This document shows positions 1 to 9,615 of a stretch of DNA of 64,000 bases, one piece after another; position 1 is the first letter of the stretch, and every line of letters begins with the position of its first letter. The notes beneath the pieces were generated by a model. The model had not been told where the DNA came from. It was given only the letters and a program-made list of their open reading frames with translations, and ran no database searches. Made by a program: the position numbers and the translations under genes. The stretch comes from Bacteroidota bacterium (lineage in GTDB: Bacteria; Bacteroidota; Bacteroidia; Bacteroidales; WCHB1-69). Where the stretch lies: contig JAEWNB010000136.1 of the NCBI GenBank assembly GCA_023392945.1, positions 3,050 through 67,049 on the forward strand. The letters run 5' to 3'.

Positions 1-615
1 AAGATAGGCATCGGTATTAAAATAGCCTTCCGGAGAAGGTTCCGGGTTCCATTCAATATATCCCTCGTCAGCCAATATTTTTTCATTAACACGGTCGGTT
101 CTCCAAGCAGCATAATTCATTGCTTGCAGCCAGCTAACGCCAACGACAGGATAATTTCTGTAGGCCGGATAGCGGAAATAATATTCCACTTGAGTTTCAT
201 TAAAGGCGAGGCGGTCTCTCCAAACATTTTCATCCGGGAGAGCATTATCATAAACCACTTTAAGGTCAGCCGGAACGAAAACTCTTTCCAACCAATAGAG
301 ATATTCCAGATAGTCAAGGTTACTGATTTCGGTTTCATCCATATAGAAAGAAGCGACAGTAACACGGCGGGGAGTATTATTCCATTCGTACATAACATCT
401 TGTTCAACACGACCCATCACATAAGTACCTCCTTCAATAAGGACTAATCCGGGGCCTGTTTCCTGTTCCATAAAAGGGAAAACTTCAAAACCGCCATTTT
501 TGGCATCATTATAATTCCAACCTGTAGTTGGGGAGGAGCCTTTATTGCATGAAGAAAGGGCAAAAACGGATCCAAAAATGATTCCTAAGACTAAAAATTT
601 CGAGAACGTATTCAT
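1..615 (-). CDS. gldJ: gliding motility lipoprotein GldJ, N-terminal part (gene runs off the window edge)
   Basis: Absent from the ORF track because it is open at the window edge. Reverse-strand ATG at 615-613. My translation is MNTFSKFLVLGIIFGSVFALSSCNKGSSPTTGWNYNDAKNGGFEVFPFMEQETGPGLVLIEGGTYVMGRVEQDV... It has a lipobox (LSSC) and an FGE/SUMF1-like N-terminus typical of GldJ. It lies next to porU/porV, as in Flavobacterium johnsoniae. Confidence 0.75.
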   Translation of the reverse strand, partial: MNTFSKFLVLGIIFGSVFALSSCNKGSSPTTGWNYNDAKNGGFEVFPFMEQETGPGLVLIEGGTYVMGRVEQDVMYEWNNTPRRVTVASFYMDETEISNLDYLEYLYWLERVFVPADLKVVYDNALPDENVWRDRLAFNETQVEYYFRYPAYRNYPVVGVSWLQAMNYAAWRTDRVNEKILADEGYIEWNPEPSPEGYFNTDAYL

Positions 616-668
616 ACTTGTAATTTGATTTTTTTAACGAACAATTTTCTTTTTTATTATTATATCAA

Positions 669-1658
669 TTAGAAAGTCGGGCAATTAAGATCTTTAATAA
701 CTCTACGTTTTTCGGGACAATTAAACAAGAACTGAACAGAAACTTCATGAGCATTACCACTAAGGTTAGACAATTTTGACAAAGTGATATCATAAGAATA
801 GCCAACTCTTAAGAAACTAGTTTGGATCCCGCACATAAAGATAAGTGCATCCACATTAACAAAGCTATGACGAAGCCAAAGGCCCACAGTAAAAGGATAG
901 AAATTGAGATAAAAGCCTTCATTCAAATAATGGAAGTTCATTTGTTGTTGATAAATGATATTAGGGCTAATAGAGACATCTCCGAAAGAAGTTTCCTTCT
1001 TACTTTTCCTATGGAGGTCTATATAGGCGCCGAAATGGCCGGTCCACTTAACGGGGAGTCTGGTTGTCTGTGTAACAAATCCCTCTAAAGGACGAGTAAT
1101 ATGGTGGGCAGCAAAGCCGAAATAGATATGCTTGGTATAACCGATAAAGCCGGTAGAAACATCAAAGCAACCGCTGGTCAGTTTCGCCGGTTGAATTTCG
1201 CTGGTTTCGTATACGAACCCGTATTTAGGGTCTATCATGTCGCCAAAAGTAAGCTTAGACCAATCGAGTGATTTTTGTTGATAAGTAGCCTGCAAAGCAA
1301 ATCTCATTTGGAATTTCTTAGATACTTTCAGTCTAAAAGAATACATTAAACTGGCGGCGTAGGTATTGATAGTCCCCTCGCCTGCTCTATCGCCATAAAA
1401 TGAAACCCCGATTCCCCCTGATAATTTATCAAAATGTTGATCATAAGAGGCCGAATAGGTAATAAAAGTACCTGCAATTTCCGGCCATTGGTCTCTAAAA
1501 TTGAGTGTCACCCTAGGACAGATATTTGAACCGGCAAAAGCCGGGTTTAAATAAATTGGATTTGCATAAAATTGCGAAAAATGTGCATCTTGCGCAAGAA
1601 TCTCACCACCTCCAATGAGCAAGATTGAAAATAACAAAATGAATATTCGTCTTTGCAT
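669..1658 (-). CDS. PorP/SprF family type IX secretion system membrane protein
   Basis: 329 aa with a signal peptide followed by AQDAHFSQFYANPIYLNPAFAG, the characteristic PorP/SprF N-terminal motif. Beta-barrel-like composition. Embedded in a T9SS cluster. Confidence 0.8.
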   Translation of the reverse strand: MQRRIFILLFSILLIGGGEILAQDAHFSQFYANPIYLNPAFAGSNICPRVTLNFRDQWPEIAGTFITYSASYDQHFDKLSGGIGVSFYGDRAGEGTINTYAASLMYSFRLKVSKKFQMRFALQATYQQKSLDWSKLTFGDMIDPKYGFVYETSEIQPAKLTSGCFDVSTGFIGYTKHIYFGFAAHHITRPLEGFVTQTTRLPVKWTGHFGAYIDLHRKSKKETSFGDVSISPNIIYQQQMNFHYLNEGFYLNFYPFTVGLWLRHSFVNVDALIFMCGIQTSFLRVGYSYDITLSKLSNLSGNAHEVSVQFLFNCPEKRRVIKDLNCPTF

Positions 1659-1802
1659 GTTATAATATCTTTATTTAGTGGGCAAAAATAAGTTTTTTTT
1701 AATTCAAAAATCTAAAAAAGTTATCATTTTCATTTTTTTTTGCAATTTTGCATACACAACCACGTTTTTGTTTCTGATTAACTTTAATATTAATAACGTA
1801 AT

Positions 1803-4800
1803 ATGAACATTAAATCTTTGGGAGTCATCCTAACTTTTATCACATTTTTTATTCAAACATCTGATATTCAAGCACAAATTATTCAAAAGTCTTATACCAT
1901 CGAATGGCAGGATCATCTTATTTTCTCGCCTGATGAGAATAACACCATTGAATTACTATACTTTAAAGATGCAATTTCTGACGAAAAATTTCCTTCGTTG
2001 CCACTTTTTTTTGAAAAAATTCCAATTAATGATTATTTTCAGGACTACACATACACAATAGGCAATATTCAGTATGCTCCCCTTTCCAAAGGTGAATTGG
2101 AACTAATTCCTAAGGATTTCAATCAATCTGAATTAAAAATCAACATCCGGACAGTAATTGAAAAAAAGAACTATTTCACTGCCATTACGTTCCTTCCAAT
2201 TATAAAAAACAGAGATGGCAATTATGTCAAAATCACCTCTCTAAGTTTCACCTATCAGGGGGCAAGCAAATCAAAAAGCCTCAAATCCCGATCCTATGCA
2301 GAAAACTCTGTATTACAATCCGGAAATTGGTATAAAATATCCATTTCCAGGAATGGTATTTTCAAAGTAACTTATGATGACCTTGTCAAATTAGGAGTTC
2401 CCGTTTCCGGTCTGGCTTCTTCCAATATTTCCCTATTCGGTAATGGCGGGGGCAAACTTGCTGAAAAAAATAGTGTAGGTCGCTTTGATGATTTGCAGGA
2501 AAATCCGATTCAGCTATTTGATGGCGGGGACAACTCTTTCGACAAAGGAGACTATTTTATTTTTTATGGTCAGGGTCCACACACTTGGGAATATTCAACA
2601 ATTACAAATTATTTCACCCACTCTTACAATATTTATAGTGACTACGCTTACTATTATATCAACACAGGTGCCGGAATAGGAGAAAAGAAAAGGATTGTTA
2701 CCGTTGACAATTCATTCATGGCTGCCAATCAAAATGCCTCAACATATACGCATTATGATTTTTATGAAGTTGATGAAACCAACTTTGGGGAATCGGGACA
2801 GAAATGGTTTGGCGACCTTTTTGATATCACCACAGAGCATACCTATTCCTTTTCATTACCTTCCTATATTGCCACCTCTGCCAGAATATCTCTTGCCGGG
2901 GCTTTTATTTCTGCAACCCCTTCCTATATTCAAGTTTATGCTAACGATAATTATATAGGAAGATTAAGTGCCGGGACTGTTTCAGGAGATAACATTGCCT
3001 TATACAGTGATGCAGATTTAACTTTTACTCCCTCTTCTTCGACCATTAAGTTAACTCTTAATTACAACAAGCCCAATTCATCTTCTTCTGCTTATCTTGA
3101 CTGGATTGAGTTACAAGCTACTTGTAATTTACAGATGCATTCGGCACAGGTGCCCTTTTGCAATACACAAACGATAGGGACAGGAAACATTACCCAATAT
3201 TCCATTTCAAATGCAAATGCCAACACAACTGTTTGGGATGTTACAAATCCCACCAATGCATTCCGCATGGGAGGAACATTGGCTGACGGCACTTTTGCTT
3301 TCAAATCTCCTTCGGATACGTTGCATAAGTTTGTTGCTTTCAACGGAAGCAGCTATTATTCCGTCAATAGTGTCGGAAAAGTGAGCAATCAGAATCTTCA
3401 CAACTCGGGTGAGACAGAAATGGTGATTGTGACCTATCCCGACTTCAGTTCTCAGGCAGAACGTTTGGCACAATACAGAAGAACCCATGATGGCTTAACG
3501 GTTAAAGTGGTCACTCCACAACAGGTATACAATGAATTTTCATCAGGGGCACAGGATCCTACAGCAATAAGAGATTATATGAAGCTGATTTACGACAAAA
3601 GCGGAGGAAAAAATCCAAAGTATCTTTTATTGGTTGGAAGACCTTCTTACGATTACAGAGGCAGAGTGACCGGAACAAAAAATTATGTTCCCAATTACCA
3701 GTCAAACTCATTAATTAATGAAACAGATTTCCGTTCCAATGACGACTATTTCGGTTTACTTGACGAAAATGAAGGAGCTGATTGCATCGGAATGGTTGAC
3801 GTATCCATTGGGCGATTTCCGGTAAATAGTCTGGCTCAAACCAAGATTGCAATTGACAAGACACTCCGATATTCTGCTGAAAGCAATCTTATTTCGGATG
3901 TCAATTCTCCGTTGGTTTCCAATCTTGCCGACTGGAGAAATGTATTTACTTTTGTTGCGGACGATCAGGATTGTTCAACCCATATAAGCACTGCTGATCT
4001 TTCTGCCATATCAGTTGCCAACAGCAACAAAAACATTAATTTCGATAAAATATATTGTGATGCTTACCAGCAGGTTTCCTATTCCGGAGGACAGCGATAT
4101 CCGGATGTAAACGATGCCATTAATAACCGCATGCAAAGAGGTTCTCTGATATTCTCCTACATTGGACATGGCGGCGCAAACGGATGGGCAGTTGAAAGAA
4201 TTCTTGAAATTTCTGATATGAATAAATGGACCAATCTTTACAATCAACCGTTAATGGTAACTCTAACGTGTGAATTTGCCTGGTATGACCGGAAAGTTAC
4301 TTCTCCCGCAGAAATGATTTTCTTAAATCAAAACGGGGGAGCTGCAGGATTAATCACCACTTCGCGTGTGGCTTTTACAGGATCTAACCATCAGTATGCA
4401 ATGAAACTGTTTTCGGGCGTTTTCGATTTGGAAGATAATCATTACAAAACATTCGGAGACCTCAACAGAATTGCCAAAAACGGTGCCGGTGGTGCTATCG
4501 GGGGTCTGAATATGATTTTTTTGATGGGTGACCCTTCTCTTAAACTGGCTGTTCCAAGATACAATGTATTGACTGATTCTATTAACGGAATATCCGTCAG
4601 TGGCAACTTGGATACCCTAAAGGCCCTTTCAAAGGTGACAATTAAAGGGAGGATTACGGACGAAAACGGCGACTTACTCTCTGATTTCAATGGAAATGTT
4701 TTCCCATCGGTTTTTGATAAAGCCATCACACAAGGAACATTACAAAACGACCCTACCAGCTGTTACTACGAATTTGAAGTACAGAAGAGTGTCCTCTTTA

Positions 4801-5636
4801 AAGGAAATGCCTCTGTTAAAAATGGGCTATTTGAATTTTCATTTATTGTGCCAAAAGACATCAATTATTCCTATGGTACCGGAAAAATAAGTTACTATGC
4901 CCGAAACAACAATTCTGATGCTGCGGGATATTTCAATGAGGCTATCATCGGCGGATTCAGCAGCAATCCTATTGAAGATAACAACGGACCGGAAATTGCG
5001 CTATACATGAACGATGAAAAGTTTGTCAATGGCGGAACCACCAATCAGAATCCGACATTATTGGTTAAATTAAAAGATGAATTCGGAATTAATACTACCG
5101 GCAACGGAATTGGACATGATATTGTGGCCATTCTGGATGATGCAACAGATGCTCCCATTATTCTTAACGACTACTATCAGGCTGTTCAGGATAGTTTTAA
5201 CTGTGGGACCATCCGCTATCCCCTTCATAATATTCCATTGGGAAGTCATACCATCAAAGTCCGTGCCTGGGACATCATAAATAATTTCAGCGAAAGCACT
5301 TTGAATTTTAAAGTAGTTTCAGATGAAGGACTTACCATTGACCATGTTTTAAACTATCCTAATCCCTTTACGACTCATACTGAATTTTATTTTGAACATA
5401 ACAAACCCGGTGAAACTTTTGATATTCTGGTTCAGGTTTTCACCATTTCCGGAAAACTAATCAAAACCATTGAATCTACTCAATTTATAGAGGGAAACAG
5501 AAGCAACCCCATTGTATGGAATGGGCTGGATGACTATGGAGACAAACTGGGAAAAGGAGTTTATCTTTATCGCCTGAGAGTCAGGAATCAGGAAGGGAAA
5601 ACAGCGGAGAAAATTGAAAAATTAGTCATCCTATAA
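1803..5636 (+). CDS. porU: type IX secretion system sortase PorU (C25 gingipain-like peptidase)
   Basis: 1277 aa with a signal peptide. It has a retained C-terminal sorting-like domain (LNYPNPFTTHTEFYF...GVYLYRLRV...KLVIL) and sits immediately upstream of a PorV homologue. Size and synteny match PorU. Confidence 0.8.
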   Translation: MNIKSLGVILTFITFFIQTSDIQAQIIQKSYTIEWQDHLIFSPDENNTIELLYFKDAISDEKFPSLPLFFEKIPINDYFQDYTYTIGNIQYAPLSKGELELIPKDFNQSELKINIRTVIEKKNYFTAITFLPIIKNRDGNYVKITSLSFTYQGASKSKSLKSRSYAENSVLQSGNWYKISISRNGIFKVTYDDLVKLGVPVSGLASSNISLFGNGGGKLAEKNSVGRFDDLQENPIQLFDGGDNSFDKGDYFIFYGQGPHTWEYSTITNYFTHSYNIYSDYAYYYINTGAGIGEKKRIVTVDNSFMAANQNASTYTHYDFYEVDETNFGESGQKWFGDLFDITTEHTYSFSLPSYIATSARISLAGAFISATPSYIQVYANDNYIGRLSAGTVSGDNIALYSDADLTFTPSSSTIKLTLNYNKPNSSSSAYLDWIELQATCNLQMHSAQVPFCNTQTIGTGNITQYSISNANANTTVWDVTNPTNAFRMGGTLADGTFAFKSPSDTLHKFVAFNGSSYYSVNSVGKVSNQNLHNSGETEMVIVTYPDFSSQAERLAQYRRTHDGLTVKVVTPQQVYNEFSSGAQDPTAIRDYMKLIYDKSGGKNPKYLLLVGRPSYDYRGRVTGTKNYVPNYQSNSLINETDFRSNDDYFGLLDENEGADCIGMVDVSIGRFPVNSLAQTKIAIDKTLRYSAESNLISDVNSPLVSNLADWRNVFTFVADDQDCSTHISTADLSAISVANSNKNINFDKIYCDAYQQVSYSGGQRYPDVNDAINNRMQRGSLIFSYIGHGGANGWAVERILEISDMNKWTNLYNQPLMVTLTCEFAWYDRKVTSPAEMIFLNQNGGAAGLITTSRVAFTGSNHQYAMKLFSGVFDLEDNHYKTFGDLNRIAKNGAGGAIGGLNMIFLMGDPSLKLAVPRYNVLTDSINGISVSGNLDTLKALSKVTIKGRITDENGDLLSDFNGNVFPSVFDKAITQGTLQNDPTSCYYEFEVQKSVLFKGNASVKNGLFEFSFIVPKDINYSYGTGKISYYARNNNSDAAGYFNEAIIGGFSSNPIEDNNGPEIALYMNDEKFVNGGTTNQNPTLLVKLKDEFGINTTGNGIGHDIVAILDDATDAPIILNDYYQAVQDSFNCGTIRYPLHNIPLGSHTIKVRAWDIINNFSESTLNFKVVSDEGLTIDHVLNYPNPFTTHTEFYFEHNKPGETFDILVQVFTISGKLIKTIESTQFIEGNRSNPIVWNGLDDYGDKLGKGVYLYRLRVRNQEGKTAEKIEKLVIL

Positions 5637-5693
5637 AATAATTGTCTATTAGTTCCGTTACTTGAAAAGTTTTCATTTAAAGAAATATATTTT

Positions 5694-6941
5694 ATGATTA
5701 AAAAAATTGGCATTCTCGTTGCAGTTCTCATCATTTCATTTAATTTGAGTTATTCGCAGGGTGTTGGACAAACCAACTATGATTATTTAGGCAGAGGTTA
5801 TTTAAATACCATTACAACAGCAGTTCCTTTTTTATTGATTGCCCCTGATTCGCGTTCCGGAGCAATGGGAGACATTGGCTGTGCCACTTCTGCCGATGCA
5901 GCATCACAACATCACAACCCTTCAAAATATGTTTTTAACAAGAACACTTTCGGAATTTCAATTTCCTATAGTCCTTGGTTGCGTAATTTAGTTGGAGATA
6001 TCAACCTAATGCACCTTGCTGCCTACTGGAAAATTACGCCCATGGATGCCATTGCATTTTCATTGCGCTATTTTTCATTGGGAGATATCACTTTCATGGA
6101 TGAAAACGGCTATCCAATGGGAGACCAAAAACCCAATGAATTTGCCTTAGATTTCACATACTCACGTAAGCTTATTGACCAGTTGTCAATCGCTATTACT
6201 CCGCGTTTTGTTTACTCAAACCTGACTGCCAACCAGTATGTTTCCGGACAGGAAACCGAAGCAGGATTAGCCGGAGCGGCTGACCTTTCTCTCTTTTATC
6301 AGCAAGATTTTAAAGCCAAAGGGCTCTATAATTCTATTTTAAGAGCCGGGTTGAATATTTCTAATATGGGAAACAAAATGTCCTATTCTTCAGGGACCCT
6401 GAGAAGGGATTTTTTGCCTACTAATTTAAAAATTGGCATTGGCTATACCATGGAATTTGACGAATATAATGAGCTGACCATTGCAGCCGAAATCAGCAAG
6501 TTGCTGGTTCCGACTCCACCAGTTTATGCTACCGATTCAAGCGGAAAAATTCTTTATGATGAGGCAAATAACCCTATTATTGGAGCCGGAAAAGACCCTG
6601 ATGTTGGCGTTTTTACAGGTATGATCCAGTCATTCTATGATTCTCCTGGTGGTTTTAGAGAAGAACTCAGGGAAGTTATTTGGTCTGCAGGAATTGAATA
6701 TGCATACCGTGATCTTCTCTTCGTAAGAGGTGGCTACTTTCATGAAAGCCAATACAAAGGAAACCGCCAGTATCTTACTATCGGAGCCGGTCTTAAATAC
6801 AACGTATTTGCCATTGATGTTGCCTATCTTTTTACTATTGATCAATATCATCCTTTGGAAAACACCCTTCGCTTTACCTTGACTTTTGATTTTGAATCCT
6901 TTCAGAAAGAAGTTATTAAGAAACAGGGGAAATTAAAATAA
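5694..6941 (+). CDS. porV: type IX secretion system outer-membrane shuttle protein PorV (LptO)
   Basis: 415 aa with a signal peptide and FadL-like beta-barrel composition. Located 57 nt downstream of porU, the conserved porU-porV pairing. Confidence 0.8.
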   Translation: MIKKIGILVAVLIISFNLSYSQGVGQTNYDYLGRGYLNTITTAVPFLLIAPDSRSGAMGDIGCATSADAASQHHNPSKYVFNKNTFGISISYSPWLRNLVGDINLMHLAAYWKITPMDAIAFSLRYFSLGDITFMDENGYPMGDQKPNEFALDFTYSRKLIDQLSIAITPRFVYSNLTANQYVSGQETEAGLAGAADLSLFYQQDFKAKGLYNSILRAGLNISNMGNKMSYSSGTLRRDFLPTNLKIGIGYTMEFDEYNELTIAAEISKLLVPTPPVYATDSSGKILYDEANNPIIGAGKDPDVGVFTGMIQSFYDSPGGFREELREVIWSAGIEYAYRDLLFVRGGYFHESQYKGNRQYLTIGAGLKYNVFAIDVAYLFTIDQYHPLENTLRFTLTFDFESFQKEVIKKQGKLK

Positions 6942-6953
6942 AAACAGAACAAA

Positions 6954-7424
6954 ATGAGAGTAGGCTTAGGTTACGATTCTCATAGACTGGAAAATGACCG
7001 TAAACTTATCTTGGGGGGAGTCCATGTTCCTTTCCCTAAAGGGGCTGTTGCTCATTCTGACGGAGATGTTGTAATCCATGCCCTTTGTGATGCTCTCTTC
7101 GGAGCTGCCGGCATGAAAGATATCGGAACCCACTTTCCTGATACCAATCCCGAATTCAAAAATATTGACAGTAAAATTTTGCTTGCCAAAACCATCGAAA
7201 TTTTATCTGACAAGGATTTCTGTGTGAACAATGTTGACATAACTATTGTTTTGGAAACTCCTAAACTGTCGCCATATATTGATAAAATGATTGAAACGCT
7301 CTCCTCTATCATGAAAATTGACTGCTCCAGATTGTCGATTAAAGCCAAAAGCAACGAAAAAATGGGCTTTATCGGAGCAGGTGAAGGAGTAGTTGCCTTT
7401 GCAATCGTTTCCCTCAATGAATGA
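6954..7424 (+). CDS. ispF: 2-C-methyl-D-erythritol 2,4-cyclodiphosphate synthase
   Basis: 156 aa. MRVGLGYDSHRL...HSDGDVVIHALCDALFGA... carries the canonical IspF metal-binding motifs. Confidence 0.95.
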   Translation: MRVGLGYDSHRLENDRKLILGGVHVPFPKGAVAHSDGDVVIHALCDALFGAAGMKDIGTHFPDTNPEFKNIDSKILLAKTIEILSDKDFCVNNVDITIVLETPKLSPYIDKMIETLSSIMKIDCSRLSIKAKSNEKMGFIGAGEGVVAFAIVSLNE

Positions 7425-7476
7425 CAACATTTTGAATTTCTCTTTTCATTCATTATAAAAATAAAAAACAATAAAT

Positions 7477-9579
7477 ATGAAAAAAACACTACTATTAATT
7501 GGAATCTTTACCGTTATGACAATGTTACTTAATGCTCAGAATGACAATGAAATGCCAAAGGACAATCCTTTGCTGCTGGAATGGGGAACTCCCTACCAGA
7601 CTCCCCCTTTTGATAAAATAAAACCGGAGCATTATATTCCGGCATACGAATATGCCATTAAAGCCGCAAAAGAAGAGATATACAGGATTACCCATGTCAA
7701 GATGAAGGCTTCCTTCAATAACACCATTGCAGCACTTGACAGATCCGGGAGTTTATTGAACCGCATCAACGGTGTATTTTTCAATATGCTTTACTGCAAC
7801 TCCACTCCTGAACTACAGGAAATAGCACAAAAAATTAGTCCGATGCTAACGGAATACAGCAATGATATTACGTTAGATCCCATTCTCTTTAACCGCATTA
7901 AAGATGTTTATGCCAATCCCGGAAAACTCAATCCTGAGCAACAAATGCTTCTTGAAAACACCTACCGTGCTTTTTTAAACAGTGGAGCAACTTTATCAGA
8001 GGAAAACAAGAAAATTTTCAGAGAGTTAACCATGGAGCTCTCACAGCTTTCATTATCCTATAACCAGAATGTACTTAACGCCACTAATTCATGGTACAAA
8101 AATGTCACCTCTAAAAAAGATCTCAAAGGAATACCGGCAGCAGATTTAGCCATTGCCAAAGAAAAAGCAAAAGAAAAAAAATTAAAAGGCTGGGTATTTG
8201 ACCTATCCTACCCCAGTTTTTTAGCCGTGATGAAATATGCCGATAATAGAGAATTGAGGAAAGAGATGTATATTCATAATGGTAGCAGGGCTTTTGAAGG
8301 GGAGTATGACAATAGCAAAAACATCAAAGAAATTTTAATGAAACGTGATAAAATTGCCAAGCTGTTGGGTTATCAAAACTATGCTGAGTATGCACTTCAA
8401 GATAGAATGGCAGAAAATCCAAAAAAAGTTTACACCCTTTTAGATCAACTGCTTCAATATTCAATGCCTGTTGCAAAAAAAGAAATAGAGTCGCTGAATC
8501 AATTTGCATCAGAATCAGGTTTTAAGGGAAGTATAGAAAGGTGGGACTTTACCTATTATTCAGAGAAACAAAAAAGCAAGCTTTTCAATCTCAACGATGA
8601 AATGTTGAAACCCTATTTTAAACTTGAAAATGTTATTGACGGAGTTTTTGCACTGGCAACCGATCTTTACGATCTTAAATTTATACCTACCAATAAAATC
8701 CCCAAATATCATCCTGATGTAAAAGTATATGAAGTATATAGAGATCAGCAAATTCAAGCAATATTATATTTGGATTTTCACCCAAGAGCTTCCAAAAAAG
8801 ACGGTGCCTGGATGACCAATTTCAGAGAACAATATATAAACGATTATGGAGAAAAGATTATCCCGTTGGTTTCCCTTGTTATGAATTTCACGCCTTCCAC
8901 TCCAAAAGAACCTTCATTGCTGACCTTTTACGAAGTTACTACATTTTTACATGAATTTGGGCACGCCTTACATGGGATGGCATCAAATGTCACCTATCAG
9001 AGCCTTTCAGGAACCAATGTAAAAAGAGATTTTGTTGAACTTCCTTCTCAAATAAATGAAAACTGGGCGAGTGAATTTGAATTTCTCAAGAAATTTGCTT
9101 TTCATTATAAAACAGGAGAAGTTATTCCTATGGAATTAATTTCAAAACTAAGGGAATTTGACAACTTCCAGGCAGGCTATACTTCATGCCGACAACTCTC
9201 TTTTGGCTATCTGGATATGATGTGGCACACCATCAACCCTGATGAAATTGAAAATGTACTGGAAATTGAAAGGAAAGAACTTGATAAGACGGAATTGATG
9301 CCGGTTGTTCCCAATACTTGTATGAGTACTTCTTTCTCCCATATTTTCTCCGGTGGTTATTCGGCAGGTTATTATAGTTACAAATGGGCAGAAGTGCTGG
9401 ATGCTGATGCTTTTGGGCTTTTCCGCGAAAAAGGAGTTATGAACAAAGAGGTGGCCCGTTCTTTTTATGATAATATTCTTTCAAAAGGAGGCTCCGAAAA
9501 GCCGATGGACCTCTATATAAAATTCAGAGGCAGAGAACCTGAAATTAAGGCTTTGCTCGAAAGAAGCGGACTTAAATAA
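7477..9579 (+). CDS. dcp: M3 family peptidyl-dipeptidase (Dcp-like)
   Basis: 700 aa with a signal peptide and the HEFGH zinc motif (FLHEFGHALHG). Length and C-terminal conservation are typical of M3 oligopeptidases. Confidence 0.85.
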   Translation: MKKTLLLIGIFTVMTMLLNAQNDNEMPKDNPLLLEWGTPYQTPPFDKIKPEHYIPAYEYAIKAAKEEIYRITHVKMKASFNNTIAALDRSGSLLNRINGVFFNMLYCNSTPELQEIAQKISPMLTEYSNDITLDPILFNRIKDVYANPGKLNPEQQMLLENTYRAFLNSGATLSEENKKIFRELTMELSQLSLSYNQNVLNATNSWYKNVTSKKDLKGIPAADLAIAKEKAKEKKLKGWVFDLSYPSFLAVMKYADNRELRKEMYIHNGSRAFEGEYDNSKNIKEILMKRDKIAKLLGYQNYAEYALQDRMAENPKKVYTLLDQLLQYSMPVAKKEIESLNQFASESGFKGSIERWDFTYYSEKQKSKLFNLNDEMLKPYFKLENVIDGVFALATDLYDLKFIPTNKIPKYHPDVKVYEVYRDQQIQAILYLDFHPRASKKDGAWMTNFREQYINDYGEKIIPLVSLVMNFTPSTPKEPSLLTFYEVTTFLHEFGHALHGMASNVTYQSLSGTNVKRDFVELPSQINENWASEFEFLKKFAFHYKTGEVIPMELISKLREFDNFQAGYTSCRQLSFGYLDMMWHTINPDEIENVLEIERKELDKTELMPVVPNTCMSTSFSHIFSGGYSAGYYSYKWAEVLDADAFGLFREKGVMNKEVARSFYDNILSKGGSEKPMDLYIKFRGREPEIKALLERSGLK

Positions 9580-9583
9580 ACTT

Positions 9584-9615
9584 AAAACTGCCATTGACAT
9601 CAATGGCAGTTTTTT
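9584..9615. terminator. bidirectional rho-independent terminator between dcp and recQ
   Basis: Stem ctgccattg (9588-9596), loop acat, stem caatggcag (9601-9609). A-run on the left and T-run on the right. It overlaps the recQ stop codon. Confidence 0.55.

Noticed and set aside
117-447. Track ORFs 117..410 (-) and 124..447 (+)
   Set aside because: Both lie inside the open-ended gldJ reading frame (minus strand, 615 down to 1), which gives a convincing GldJ-like translation. These are off-frame or antisense artefacts.
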